Positions 7,231-16,246 of a stretch of DNA of 37,618 nt are shown here, piece after piece. Source of the stretch: a virus; the IMG/VR virus record IMGVR_UViG_3300045988_076875, positions 1 to 37,618 of that record. The stretch is one strand, 5' to 3'. Within the stretch, counting starts at the first letter, position 1; the number at the start of each line of letters is the position of its first letter. The notes beneath the pieces are model-generated. The model was given only the letters and a program-made list of their open reading frames with translations. It was not told where the DNA came from and searched no databases. Both the position numbers and the translations under genes were made by a program.

Positions 7231-7548
7231 ATGACATCGAGAGAAAAAGCAGAAGATTATTTTCATCGGATATGCGATGGACACAGAAATGCAATACAGC
7301 GCCCAGCGGATCCGAGTGTAGATAGAATATTTCGTAATATGGTAGAAAAAGCGAATTGTAACGGTGATTGCATTATCAATGTCGGGAAAGGTGTATTTCG
7401 ACCGATACCGAGTGATCCGGTAGATGAAGCAGCGTTTCACGAATATATAGCCAAAGACTTACATAGGGCGAGAGCGATACAGCTTAAACGATTATGCATG
7501 AAGCAGACTTACGATAGTTGGAGCAGATGCTCAGAGGTATCAAAATGA
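7231..7548 (+). CDS. Hypothetical protein
   Basis: ATG after gaaaggagaaaat. Confidence 0.55.
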   Translation: MTSREKAEDYFHRICDGHRNAIQRPADPSVDRIFRNMVEKANCNGDCIINVGKGVFRPIPSDPVDEAAFHEYIAKDLHRARAIQLKRLCMKQTYDSWSRCSEVSK

Positions 7549-7865
7549 ATTCTAACAATAAGGGAAAGAATGGTGAGCGCGAGCTTGCCACAATATTAAG
7601 AGAATATGGGTATGACAGCCGGAGGGGGCAACAATATTGTGGATCAAACGGAGATGCTGATGTAGTAGGCCTTCCAGGAGTCCACATCGAATGTAAGAGG
7701 GTGGAAAGGCTTAATATCTATGATGCTATCGAGCAATCGAAGAATGATGCTAGAGATGGCGAAAATCCAGTTGTTATGCATCGAAGAAATAGAAAAGAGT
7801 GGCTTGTTACAATGCCGCTAGATGATTGGATGAAAATGTATGGGAAGGCATTGCATGATAATTAG
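7545..7865 (+). CDS. Putative Holliday-junction resolvase (PD-(D/E)xK-like)
   Basis: 'GERELATILREYGYDSRRGQQYCGSNGDADVVGLPGVHIECKRVE' has a D...ExK arrangement. ATGA overlap with the upstream gene. Confidence 0.5.
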   Translation: MNSNNKGKNGERELATILREYGYDSRRGQQYCGSNGDADVVGLPGVHIECKRVERLNIYDAIEQSKNDARDGENPVVMHRRNRKEWLVTMPLDDWMKMYGKALHDN

Positions 7866-7880
7866 AAGAGGTGAAAAGTA

Positions 7881-8528
7881 ATGAGAGACAGCTTTGTATT
7901 TTACCGATCATTTGCAGATGCTATCGCAGGACTTCCGCCCGAAGAGTATAAGAAGGTTATGCAAGCCATCATAGGTTACGCATTAGACGGTACTGAACCT
8001 ACTGCAGGAGGAATTGAGTATACAGTATTTTGCCTGGTGAAACCTCAGATTGATGCAAATAATAAGCGTTACGAGAACGGGAAAAAAGGTGGTAGACCAA
8101 TAACCAAACAAGAACCAAGCGATAACCAAGATGTAACCAAGAAAAAACCAAACAATAACCAAGATGTAACCAACCCACAACCTAATGTATATGTAAATGT
8201 AAATGATAATGATATTAAAAAGAAAGACACTAACGTGTCTAAAGAAAAAGCGTCCCGCTTTAAACCACCCACAATAACAGAAGTTGAAAATTACTGCAGG
8301 GAAAAGGAATATCGCATTGATTGTGAGCGATTTGTTGACTTTTACCAGTCTAAGGACTGGATGGTCGGCAAAAACAAAATGAAAGACTGGCGTGCCGCAG
8401 TGAGAAACTGGGCGAGAGGGAATCAGCTGGAATTGACCGCGAAACCCGCGCAAGGAACAAAATTTAATAATTTTACTGGGCGTGGGTATGACATGTATGA
8501 CCTAGAAAAACGATTTGTTGAAAAGTAG
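7881..8528 (+). CDS. Replisome-organiser/DnaD-like phage replication protein (DUF6291-like N-terminus)
   Basis: 'FVFYRSFADAIAGLPPEEYKKVMQAIIGYALDG', 'NGKKGGRP', and C-terminal 'FVDFYQSKDWMVGKNKMKDWRAAVRNWAR'. Confidence 0.55.
   Translation: MRDSFVFYRSFADAIAGLPPEEYKKVMQAIIGYALDGTEPTAGGIEYTVFCLVKPQIDANNKRYENGKKGGRPITKQEPSDNQDVTKKKPNNNQDVTNPQPNVYVNVNDNDIKKKDTNVSKEKASRFKPPTITEVENYCREKEYRIDCERFVDFYQSKDWMVGKNKMKDWRAAVRNWARGNQLELTAKPAQGTKFNNFTGRGYDMYDLEKRFVEK
8122..8173 (+). repeat. Two exact 19-nt direct repeats (iteron-like) inside the replication gene
   Basis: ataaccaagatgtaaccaa occurs at 8122-8140 and 8155-8173, among many AACCAA units. An AT-rich tract follows at 8181-8225 (atgtaaatgtaaatgataatgatatt). 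Confidence 0.7.
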
Positions 8529-8541
8529 GAGGAGGTAGAAG

Positions 8542-9657
8542 ATGAACAAAAAAGAGGTATTGGAAATTCGTAAGCAGTTCACGCCGGAGAATTGTGCGAT
8601 TACGAGAATTGCAGGTTGCTATGTTAATCATGATAAAGAAAAGAAGATAGAGAAAACGGAGGCTTTTCTATCCCTCCCGGAAGAGCAGGCTTTTAAGTAT
8701 TTTGACATTTTTAAGAAGACATTATCAGGGAACATCGGAAAGAATCTCTTGAATCTTGAATATGCAATAGATGCCGCAAGAAATGGAGATCCTGATGGAG
8801 AAGCACACTGGATGTTAATGGATCTTCGGAAAAGCAAGTTAACCGATAGCAATTTGCTTGATGCATTTTATGACAAAATCATTGAATCATATGATTGTGC
8901 TGAAAATTATTACATTGTGCTTATTCATGCAGCTTATGACGTGCCAGGGAAGACATCAGACGGAGTGGAGATGGAAGATGCATCAGATGAGGTATATGAT
9001 TATATCCTTTGCAGTATCTGCCCGGTAAAACTTTCGAAAGCTGGACTTTCGTTCAATGGCGAGAGTGTTGAGGAAAGAACTCGTGACTGGGTGGTGGATA
9101 TGCCTGATAAAGGATTTCTGTTCCCGGCATTTAATGACAGATCAACAGATATACATAGCTTGCTATATTATACAAAAAAGAGTGCAGAAGTACAGGAACA
9201 TCTTGTAAGAGATGTGCTTGGGATTGATGTAGTTGCATCAGCAGACGAGCAGAAAGATGTTTTTGCGAGATTTCTGAAAGATACACTTGGCGAAAATCCT
9301 GATTTCGATACGGTAAAAGACATCTATGACGGCATCAACGTAGCGATGATTGAACATGAGTATGATGTGGAACCGTACAAAATAGATAAGAACAGCCTGA
9401 GAAAGATTCTGGAAAATTGCGGTGCTGTGGAAGGTGATACATTCGATGAAGCTTACAGAGAGAATATAGGTAATATGGAAATCATGGCATCCAATATTTG
9501 TGACAGTAAAAATATTTCAATTCAGCTTGCAGACGGGAAAATGACTATTGCCACAGAGAGTATCGGTGATGTGACAACGACAGAAATTAACGGAAGAAAG
9601 TATATTGCTGTTCCGGCAGAATATGTGGAAGTTAACGGGATAATGGCGAAAGTGTAG
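8542..9657 (+). CDS. DUF4317-like protein
   Basis: The N-terminus 'MNKKEVLEIRKQFTPENCAITRIAGCYVNHDKEKK...FKKTLSGNIGKNLLNLEY' matches my memory of the Clostridial DUF4317 family. Confidence 0.5.
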   Translation: MNKKEVLEIRKQFTPENCAITRIAGCYVNHDKEKKIEKTEAFLSLPEEQAFKYFDIFKKTLSGNIGKNLLNLEYAIDAARNGDPDGEAHWMLMDLRKSKLTDSNLLDAFYDKIIESYDCAENYYIVLIHAAYDVPGKTSDGVEMEDASDEVYDYILCSICPVKLSKAGLSFNGESVEERTRDWVVDMPDKGFLFPAFNDRSTDIHSLLYYTKKSAEVQEHLVRDVLGIDVVASADEQKDVFARFLKDTLGENPDFDTVKDIYDGINVAMIEHEYDVEPYKIDKNSLRKILENCGAVEGDTFDEAYRENIGNMEIMASNICDSKNISIQLADGKMTIATESIGDVTTTEINGRKYIAVPAEYVEVNGIMAKV

Positions 9658-9660
9658 GTA

Positions 9661-9945
9661 ATGTATATGAATAGTAAACAAGCAGCAAAGATTTTAAAAG
9701 AAGAAAAGGCGTGGGAAAGCAGTGAGAGGAAGAGAGAAGCATTTGCTCTTGGGATAGACGCGCTTGAGTCAGTGGAAGCGTTGAAAAATAAATTTATAGA
9801 TGGAATGGATGTCCACTATGAAGGCGATGATGCGGACGATGAAATTGAGTGTCCGTTCTGTGGCTGCGGAGTTGCAAGAAATGATGATTATAGTGAAACC
9901 AAACCGAAGCACTGCCCGGAATGTGGAACAAAATTAATATATTAA
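9661..9945 (+). CDS. Hypothetical protein with a C-terminal zinc ribbon
   Basis: 'CPFCGCGVARNDDYSETKPKHCPECG'. Confidence 0.55.
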   Translation: MYMNSKQAAKILKEEKAWESSERKREAFALGIDALESVEALKNKFIDGMDVHYEGDDADDEIECPFCGCGVARNDDYSETKPKHCPECGTKLIY

Positions 9946-9955
9946 TTCAAGTTTT

Positions 9956-10657
9956 GTGAAATGGATATGTAAATTACAGAAAGGAGACGGAACTCCGGCC
10001 GGGCAAAGATATATCGGCTCCTTTAGAGAAATGAACATTAACAATTATGAATGTGATGGGCAGATGTCCATAGAAGATTTTCTTGTAAGCAACAATCAGG
10101 AAGTAAAACGTCTACTGCATTCAGGAGAGGTTGTATTCGAAGCAATCAAAGGTGATGTTGAAAGACATGTAGTAACCGATGAACATTGGTACATAGAACA
10201 TCTGAAAACATACGGAAATCGTACAAGGGTTCATGGAGCGTATGGTGTGGTGCTGGATTCTAATATTGGCAATAGAGTATTCTTTGAAAAAGAGAAAGCA
10301 GAGAAAATTGCAGAAATATATTTGCAGAACCATGATGTGATACGGGCATCAGAAATCAATCCGATAGAAACGGTTGCGTATAGTTATAAAACAATAACAA
10401 CTGGGAAAAAGATGATAGCATTTTATAGTGTCCTGGATAACGGGATGGTTTATGTAAAAGGATTTACGACTTTCGAGCATTTGATGTTAAAAGAGCATGC
10501 GAAGAAAGAAATTAAGAAATTTATAGAACAGCAGGAATTTAAGTATAGCAATCCCAAAAAGATTGAGTATATACCAAAATTCAAGAATATGTACCGGATA
10601 AAAATGAAATATGACTGGGATTATGCAGAAGTCAGGCATAGTTATGCGGTAGGATAA
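9956..10657 (+). CDS. Hypothetical protein, start uncertain
   Basis: Long ORF co-oriented with the operon. GTG at 9956 or ATG at 10031. Confidence 0.5.
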   Translation: MKWICKLQKGDGTPAGQRYIGSFREMNINNYECDGQMSIEDFLVSNNQEVKRLLHSGEVVFEAIKGDVERHVVTDEHWYIEHLKTYGNRTRVHGAYGVVLDSNIGNRVFFEKEKAEKIAEIYLQNHDVIRASEINPIETVAYSYKTITTGKKMIAFYSVLDNGMVYVKGFTTFEHLMLKEHAKKEIKKFIEQQEFKYSNPKKIEYIPKFKNMYRIKMKYDWDYAEVRHSYAVG

Positions 10658-10698
10658 TGATACGCGAAAACAATTGAGAATTGCACAGGAGGTGAATT

Positions 10699-10854
10699 AT
10701 GGGATGTAGAAATATCTGCCCGTTTGGGCAGGATAAATGTTGCTTAGAGTGCCCCGATCAGGAGGAGTGCCAGATACAATGCGATGATCTGGACGCCTAT
10801 GAGTTTGTAGAGAATTGTCCGGATTATGTAAAGGAGAATGAAGATGACGTCTGA
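10699..10854 (+). CDS. Small Cys-rich protein, 51 aa, not in the ORF track
   Basis: ATG after caggaggtgaatt. 'CRNICPFGQDKCCLECPDQEECQIQC'. Confidence 0.4.
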   Translation: MGCRNICPFGQDKCCLECPDQEECQIQCDDLDAYEFVENCPDYVKENEDDV

Positions 10855-11104
10855 AGACTTCATAAGAGAGCTTAAAGAAGCCATGTTAAAAATAGAGCTA
10901 TCAAATAAACGCATTTTGTTTATGCATCCGGAAGATATTGCAATACTTGATCTGGACAAGGTGAGCAGTAGTTTATATCTTGTTGAAGAAAGAAGATTGG
11001 AACATTGTAAAGCGATAGCTATTACAGATGAAAAATTAAAAAGAACTGTATGGGATGCAATTAAAAACAATAAAGTGAAGTATCACAGAGGAAGAGGAAA
11101 ATGA
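10838..11104 (+). CDS. Hypothetical protein
   Basis: ATG after aaaggaga. Confidence 0.5.
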   Translation: MKMTSEDFIRELKEAMLKIELSNKRILFMHPEDIAILDLDKVSSSLYLVEERRLEHCKAIAITDEKLKRTVWDAIKNNKVKYHRGRGK

Positions 11105-11283
11105 GAAAAGAATCACTGATTCATAAAATCCTGAGGAAACTCGGATTTATCAAAGACATTGAGGACGATAGGAAAATAAAAATGGAGATGTGCAAAAGAG
11201 CGATAAAGGCAAATGTATGCCCTGAGGATTGCGACATTTGCGCATGGGATGTGAAAGGCGGAGTTAGTTATGAGAATCATTAG
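11101..11283 (+). CDS. Hypothetical small Cys-containing protein
   Basis: ATGA overlap with the upstream gene. 'CKRAIKANVCPEDCDICAW'. Confidence 0.45.
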   Translation: MRKESLIHKILRKLGFIKDIEDDRKIKMEMCKRAIKANVCPEDCDICAWDVKGGVSYENH

Positions 11284-11590
11284 TCAGAGCGGATTACTGG
11301 ATGTGCCTTATGAATTGATTGCAATTTCCCCGTATTCAGGGAATATGGCAACAATCATTGGAACGTTTCCGGGGAATGACCTCGGCAAAGGAGATAGAAT
11401 TTATATTTTAGGCGAATATTCCACCGAAGAAAAAGCGATTAAGGCTATGGAGATGTGCAGAGAAAAGTATCTTTCAAGAATGGAGCTTGATGGTGGCTAT
11501 GACACTGTAAATGGTTGCTACGTGCAACCTAATTACTGGGTATTGCCTAAGGTATTCCGGTTTCCGAAAGATGAGGAGGTGCAAATATGA
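11270..11590 (+). CDS. Hypothetical protein
   Basis: ORF co-oriented with the operon, overlapping both neighbours by a few nt. Confidence 0.5.
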   Translation: MRIISQSGLLDVPYELIAISPYSGNMATIIGTFPGNDLGKGDRIYILGEYSTEEKAIKAMEMCREKYLSRMELDGGYDTVNGCYVQPNYWVLPKVFRFPKDEEVQI

Positions 11591-12021
11591 TTATTTTATT
11601 ATTTTTCGTTTTTTTAGGTTTGACGGTTTTGGCTATGTTAGCAGATGGAGAAGAATTAGCATTCATTCCGCTTCTTGGAGCATTTGTGTGTTTGATTGCA
11701 GCTATTGTTTTATGTGTAGGTGTAAAAGATGGGGCGGTTATAGATGAAAAGATAGCAATGTACCAAAAAGAAAATACTAAAATAGAAAACCAAATGGACG
11801 TACTTGTATCGCAGTATATGAAATTTGAGACGGATACATACGGAGAATTGAAAAATGAAAGTTCTATCACACTCGTATCGCTGTATCCTGATCTAAAATC
11901 AGACGAGTTGGTAAAGAAGCAAATTGAGGTATACGAATCAAATAATAAAGAAATAAGGGAAATGAAAGAAAAGAAGATAGATTTAAAAGTGTTGAAATGG
12001 TGGTTATATTTCGGAAAGTAG
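11587..12021 (+). CDS. Membrane-anchored coiled-coil protein
   Basis: Two N-terminal hydrophobic spans, then a charged helical region. Confidence 0.5.
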   Translation: MIILLFFVFLGLTVLAMLADGEELAFIPLLGAFVCLIAAIVLCVGVKDGAVIDEKIAMYQKENTKIENQMDVLVSQYMKFETDTYGELKNESSITLVSLYPDLKSDELVKKQIEVYESNNKEIREMKEKKIDLKVLKWWLYFGK

Positions 12022-12030
12022 GTATGGCAA

Positions 12031-12330
12031 ATGAGATATACAGAATATCATGCTGGAAAAGCAGTGATCAAGGACAGGAGCTTGCTGTCAGAAGCTATGG
12101 AGAAGTTGGCAAAATATGAAGATGCTGAGGAAAAGGACAGGCTTGGTCAGTGGATTCTATGCAGTAAGCGGTTGCCGGAGGATAACACGGATGTAATTGT
12201 ATGCTTTTACAGCGGAACAGTAACAGAGATGAGATATTGGGGAAATGGAATCTTTCAAGGAATCTATGAACATACGACAAAAGTAATTGTTGCCTAGATG
12301 CCATTGCCGGAACCGTATAAGGAGGAGTGA
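12031..12330 (+). pseudogene. DUF551-like gene interrupted by an in-frame TAG 11 codons before its natural end
   Basis: 'WILCSKRLPEDNTDVIVCF' is the DUF551 core. TAG at 12295-12297 is followed in frame by ATG CCA TTG CCG GAA CCG (MPLPEP), which is the family's usual W-x-PLPEP C-terminus. Confidence 0.45.
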
Positions 12331-12336
12331 AAATAG

Positions 12337-12612
12337 ATGCTAAAACCAAAAGTAAAAGCCAGAGAATTTGAGAGGTTCGGATTCAAAAGATGTAAAGGGA
12401 TTCCAAAAGAATCAGAGTGCTATTATCTATGCATTGCAAGAGGATGTAAGATGCTGTTTGTCAGTGATTCATATTTTGGTGTAAATGATTGGGATAAAGA
12501 TGATCCAAGAATACATAAGGATGCGAACTGCCGATATAAGGACAATAGAACAGCATTGGATATAATCTATGAACTGATTAAGGCAGATATGTTAGAAAGC
12601 AGGTTGTCATAA
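12337..12612 (+). CDS. Hypothetical protein
   Basis: ATG after aaggaggagtgaaaatag. Confidence 0.55.
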   Translation: MLKPKVKAREFERFGFKRCKGIPKESECYYLCIARGCKMLFVSDSYFGVNDWDKDDPRIHKDANCRYKDNRTALDIIYELIKADMLESRLS

Positions 12613-12846
12613 ATGAATAATACAGAGCTTATAGAGCGTTTGGTGGAACTGGAACGCTCAATGGTTGAAAAAAGAGATGCTGATATAGAAGCATTTAAAG
12701 AAAAGCAGAAGCAGGAGCTTACAGGCTATGAGACTAAGAAAATATGGGAATCAAACGGATATAGTCAGGCATTAGTAGATGTCACAGATATTTTGAGAGG
12801 AGAATCACAAAACGACGAAGGAGTTGAGGACGATGAGACTAATTGA
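12613..12846 (+). CDS. Hypothetical acidic protein
   Basis: The ATG abuts the upstream stop. Confidence 0.5.
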   Translation: MNNTELIERLVELERSMVEKRDADIEAFKEKQKQELTGYETKKIWESNGYSQALVDVTDILRGESQNDEGVEDDETN

Positions 12847-13150
12847 TGCGGATTTGTTAATGAGAAAATGCGAGAAATGGTTAAAACCGAAAGCACCAGA
12901 CGAAGATGAAATGGTTTCGGTGGCAGATATTGCGGTATCCACGCTTATGGAAATAGAAGAACAGCCGACAGCGTTTGATGTGGAGAAAGTTGTTAAGCTA
13001 CTTGAAGAAGAATTAAAATTAGCAGACGATGAAAAAGCCAGATGTATAAAAGAGAATCCAATACAATTTGATTCTGCAAAGGGTTATGCACATGGTATTG
13101 CAGTAGCAATTGAAATTGTTAAGCGAGGTGGAAGAGATGAGCGACAGTAA
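12833..13150 (+). CDS. Hypothetical protein
   Basis: Starts MRLIDADLL. Overlaps the upstream gene. Confidence 0.5.
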   Translation: MRLIDADLLMRKCEKWLKPKAPDEDEMVSVADIAVSTLMEIEEQPTAFDVEKVVKLLEEELKLADDEKARCIKENPIQFDSAKGYAHGIAVAIEIVKRGGRDERQ

Positions 13151-13361
13151 ATGCCAGCGCCTCGATGCCATATCAGACCGTGACCAGATGGCTGAGCGTG
13201 AACCTTGTGAGCACGCGAAGAGATTTATGAAACGGCCAGCGTATTATGGAGTGCTGGGATATCTGAGGCACAAGAATATTAATACAGGGGAGGAGATAGG
13301 ACGTGGAGCAGGAAGTGAAAACAGAGAACGAACAGAAGAAGGAATACCTCCGGAGCTATAA
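13137..13361 (+). CDS. Possible small protein
   Basis: ATG after ggtggaagag. It overlaps the next gene by 59 nt, so its coding status is uncertain. Confidence 0.3.
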   Translation: MSDSKCQRLDAISDRDQMAEREPCEHAKRFMKRPAYYGVLGYLRHKNINTGEEIGRGAGSENRERTEEGIPPEL

Positions 13362-13758
13362 GGATCATGTGAGAAGGGTCAACCGGATCTCGGAAGAAAT
13401 CAAGGAGCTACGTGAAATGATGATGTCCACGAAGGCGATTAATTATGACGGCATGCCTCATGGATCTGGAGGGCAGGGAGATCTGTCCGGAGAGGTGGCA
13501 CGTATCCAGGGATTGATTGATGAACTCAAGAGAGAACGTGGACTGAGGATTATGACGTATCAGGACATTGCAAGGAGAATCAAGAAGCTTAAATCAAGGA
13601 ATGAGGATGATGTATTGTTCTACCGGTATATCAAGGGTATGGAGTGGTATGAGATTGCAGAACAGATGCACTATTCTGAAAGATGGGTGTTGAAGCTTCA
13701 TGGAAAAGCATTGGCGCATTTGGAGCTTCCGGAAAAAGAGTTCATAGAAGTTCAGTAG
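13303..13758 (+). CDS. Late-gene transcriptional activator (sigma-70 region-4-like; DUF1492/ArpU-like)
   Basis: 'DGMPHGSG', 'VLFYRYIKGMEWYEIAEQMHYSERWVLKLHGKALAHL'. It is the last gene before the packaging module. Confidence 0.6.
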   Translation: MEQEVKTENEQKKEYLRSYKDHVRRVNRISEEIKELREMMMSTKAINYDGMPHGSGGQGDLSGEVARIQGLIDELKRERGLRIMTYQDIARRIKKLKSRNEDDVLFYRYIKGMEWYEIAEQMHYSERWVLKLHGKALAHLELPEKEFIEVQ

Positions 13759-13840
13759 TACATGTGATATTATGATATCGTCGAAAGACGAACGGAAAGA
13801 CAGAATTACTACGTTTTTCATTTTTGATTTCTCCTCAAGA

Positions 13841-13880
13841 AGACACGATTAAGGCACTTGGCACCATCAGGTGTCTTTTT
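13841..13880 (+). terminator. Probable intrinsic terminator
   Basis: agacac(13841-46)...gtgtct(13871-76) followed by TTTTTCG. The loop is long. Confidence 0.4.
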
Positions 13881-13949
13881 CGTTGCAGAACTTGAAAGAA
13901 TGAAGTATCATTAAGTTAGATTTTCGTTTTTTGAGAGGGGGAAAGCAAT

Positions 13950-14411
13950 ATGGATTTTGAAAGTATGAATTATGTCGTAAAAGTCACAAGGGAATTGGGA
14001 GTGGGAATACCTCGCATTATACTAGATACATCAGGTGAGCATAAGGATTCAGAATACTGTCCACAAACTGATGAACTTATCTACACGAAACTTGGAGCTG
14101 ATGGTTATTTTCAGCTCGCACATGAACTCAGGCATAAATGGCAATGGGTAAATCACCAAGAAGAATATTTTGCTAATTATCAAGAGCTGGATACGATTGA
14201 TTTGAATGCATACGGAAAACAAATTGCTGAAGTAGATGCAAATGCTTTTGCAGCGATTATGGCGATGAAATATTTGGATTCTATACTGAGTTTTCCAAAG
14301 CGTTCGAGAAAAGAAAAAAGAAAGATATACGACAGAGCTAAAATATTATCAAAAGAATATGGTGTAAATAGAGAGGATTGGAAAACCATATATAAAAGCA
14401 TGGGAATATAG
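13950..14411 (+). CDS. M78 (ImmA/IrrE)-like zinc metallopeptidase with an intact HExxH
   Basis: 'LAHELRHKWQW' (HExxH) plus downstream 'EVDANAFAAIMAM', resembling the E..AN.FA element. A stand-alone unit between two terminators. Confidence 0.55.
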   Translation: MDFESMNYVVKVTRELGVGIPRIILDTSGEHKDSEYCPQTDELIYTKLGADGYFQLAHELRHKWQWVNHQEEYFANYQELDTIDLNAYGKQIAEVDANAFAAIMAMKYLDSILSFPKRSRKEKRKIYDRAKILSKEYGVNREDWKTIYKSMGI

Positions 14412-14427
14412 CGCAAAGGATATGATG

Positions 14428-14450
14428 GCACCCTTCGGGGTGCTTTTCTG
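14428..14450 (+). terminator. Intrinsic terminator
   Basis: gcaccc-ttcg-gggtgc followed by TTTTCT. Confidence 0.7.
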
Positions 14451-14483
14451 ATGCAAAAATAAACCAGAATTGAAGGTGGTGAA

Positions 14484-14951
14484 GTGGCGAATGAACAAAA
14501 CTTAATCCCATATGGGAAAGGCAATCGAAGTGAGAGCGAAGAAAGAGAAATGCGCTCAAGGGGTGGAAAAAGAAGTGGTGAGACCAGGCGCAGAAAAGCA
14601 GCTCTCAGGGATACGATGAACAGACTCTTGACGATGCAGGTGGAAGTTGATGGCTTATCAGATATATTACGGTCAGATGGTGGTGAAAGCACCTACGAGG
14701 AAGTTATAGCAATGGCTATGATACAACAGGCGTCACTGGGAGATGTAAAAGCTTATCAAGCTATCATGAAGACCGTTGGACAGACGGATAAATCCGAGGC
14801 TGATCTGGAAGAACAGAGGTCAAAAGTAGAGTTAAATAAAGCAAGAAAAGAAGACATCACGGGTGAGAACGAGAACGATGAGGCGCTTGACCGTCTGGAT
14901 CAGATATTGAAAGAGGTGCGGGACAATGCAGTTAAGCAAGAAACAGAATGA
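14484..14951 (+). CDS. Terminase small subunit
   Basis: GTG after aaggtggtgaa. Basic N-terminus 'GNRSESEEREMRSRGGKRSGETRRRK'. Directly upstream of TerL and overlapping it. Confidence 0.6.
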   Translation: MANEQNLIPYGKGNRSESEEREMRSRGGKRSGETRRRKAALRDTMNRLLTMQVEVDGLSDILRSDGGESTYEEVIAMAMIQQASLGDVKAYQAIMKTVGQTDKSEADLEEQRSKVELNKARKEDITGENENDEALDRLDQILKEVRDNAVKQETE

Positions 14952-16245
14952 GTATATTGTGAACGCAACTCATAGATGGAATATCAAGTCTGGGGCAGTT
15001 CGTTCCGGAAAGTCTTATGTGGATACCGCTTTTGTAGTTCCATTCCGAATCAGGGAGAGAACGGGTAAGCCGGGACTCAATGTTGTTTTGGGAGTATCCA
15101 AGAGTTCCATTGAGCGAAATGTGCTGCAACCGATGCGGGAAATATATACAGATAAGCTGATTGGACAAATCAACAGTCAGAATGTTGCGCGAATTTGTGG
15201 CGAGGAAGTGTATTGCCTGGGCGCTGAAAAGGTCAGTCAGGTAGCGAAGATTCAGGGAGCCAGCATTAAGTATTGTTATGGTGATGAGGTTGCTAAATGG
15301 AACAAGGAAGTGTTCCAGATGCTGAAATCACGACTTGATAAGCCGTATTCGTGCTTTGATGGATCCTGCAACCCAGAACATCCGACGCACTGGCTGAAAG
15401 AGTTCTTGGACAATGATGAGCTAGATATCTACCTGCAGAGGTATACAATTTTTGACAATCCATTTCTTCCAGTAGAGTTTGTGGAACAGCTCTGCAAGGA
15501 ATATGAGGGTACGATTTATTATGATCGCCTGATCCTTGGACTCTGGAAGAGAGCGGAAGGAGCGATTTATAAACGATTTGCAGACGATCCGGAAAAGTTC
15601 CGGTGTGAAGTACTGGAAGAGCCGGCGAACAATTCAGAGTATAAGCAATTTAAAAAATCAGATATTGTATCGATAGAGATCGGACTCGACTTCGGAGGGA
15701 ACCAGTCCGGTCATGCTTTTGTGGCAAGAGGGTACACGGACGATTACAGAGACGCAATTGGAATCATGTCCAAGCGAGTCATGGCGAAAGATGCGGATGA
15801 GGATATTGATAGTAATATGCTGGATCAGTTGTTCTGTGATTTCGTTCAAGAAGTCATTGACCGATATGGTGTAATCGTCAAGCATGGAGATTATGTAGAA
15901 TATTGTAATGTCGAGTCTGTGTATTATGACAACGCGGAGACAGTACTTGGTAATTCTATTCGGAATGAAGTAGAAAAGAAGTTCCCTTGGATTGTTGTTC
16001 GTAAGGCGAAGAAAGCATCTATTATTGACCGGATACGTTGCACAGTCCGATTGATGGGAGCTGGTAGATTCTGGATCACAGAGGATTGCAAATCCCTGCA
16101 GACAGCACTTTCGGATGCAGTGTGGAACAAAGACGTGAAAGATAAAGATGAACGTCTAGATGATGGCAGCACCGATATTGATAGTCTGGACGCATTTGAA
16201 TATACGATCGAGCGAGATATGCGCGACCTGATAGAAGAGGTGTGA
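14926..16245 (+). CDS. Terminase large subunit (PBSX-like)
   Basis: Walker A-like 'SGAVRSGKS'. Size and position ahead of the portal gene fit. Confidence 0.85.
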   Translation: MQLSKKQNEYIVNATHRWNIKSGAVRSGKSYVDTAFVVPFRIRERTGKPGLNVVLGVSKSSIERNVLQPMREIYTDKLIGQINSQNVARICGEEVYCLGAEKVSQVAKIQGASIKYCYGDEVAKWNKEVFQMLKSRLDKPYSCFDGSCNPEHPTHWLKEFLDNDELDIYLQRYTIFDNPFLPVEFVEQLCKEYEGTIYYDRLILGLWKRAEGAIYKRFADDPEKFRCEVLEEPANNSEYKQFKKSDIVSIEIGLDFGGNQSGHAFVARGYTDDYRDAIGIMSKRVMAKDADEDIDSNMLDQLFCDFVQEVIDRYGVIVKHGDYVEYCNVESVYYDNAETVLGNSIRNEVEKKFPWIVVRKAKKASIIDRIRCTVRLMGAGRFWITEDCKSLQTALSDAVWNKDVKDKDERLDDGSTDIDSLDAFEYTIERDMRDLIEEV

Positions 16246-16246
16246 G

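Noticed and set aside
12295-12297. TAG stop-codon reassignment, as seen in some recoded gut phages.
   Set aside because: TAG ends many well-supported genes here, for example at 8526-8528, 9655-9657, 13756-13758, 20625-20627, 24006-24008 and 31578-31580. Each is followed by a proper RBS and start. The single in-frame TAG is better explained as a point mutation.
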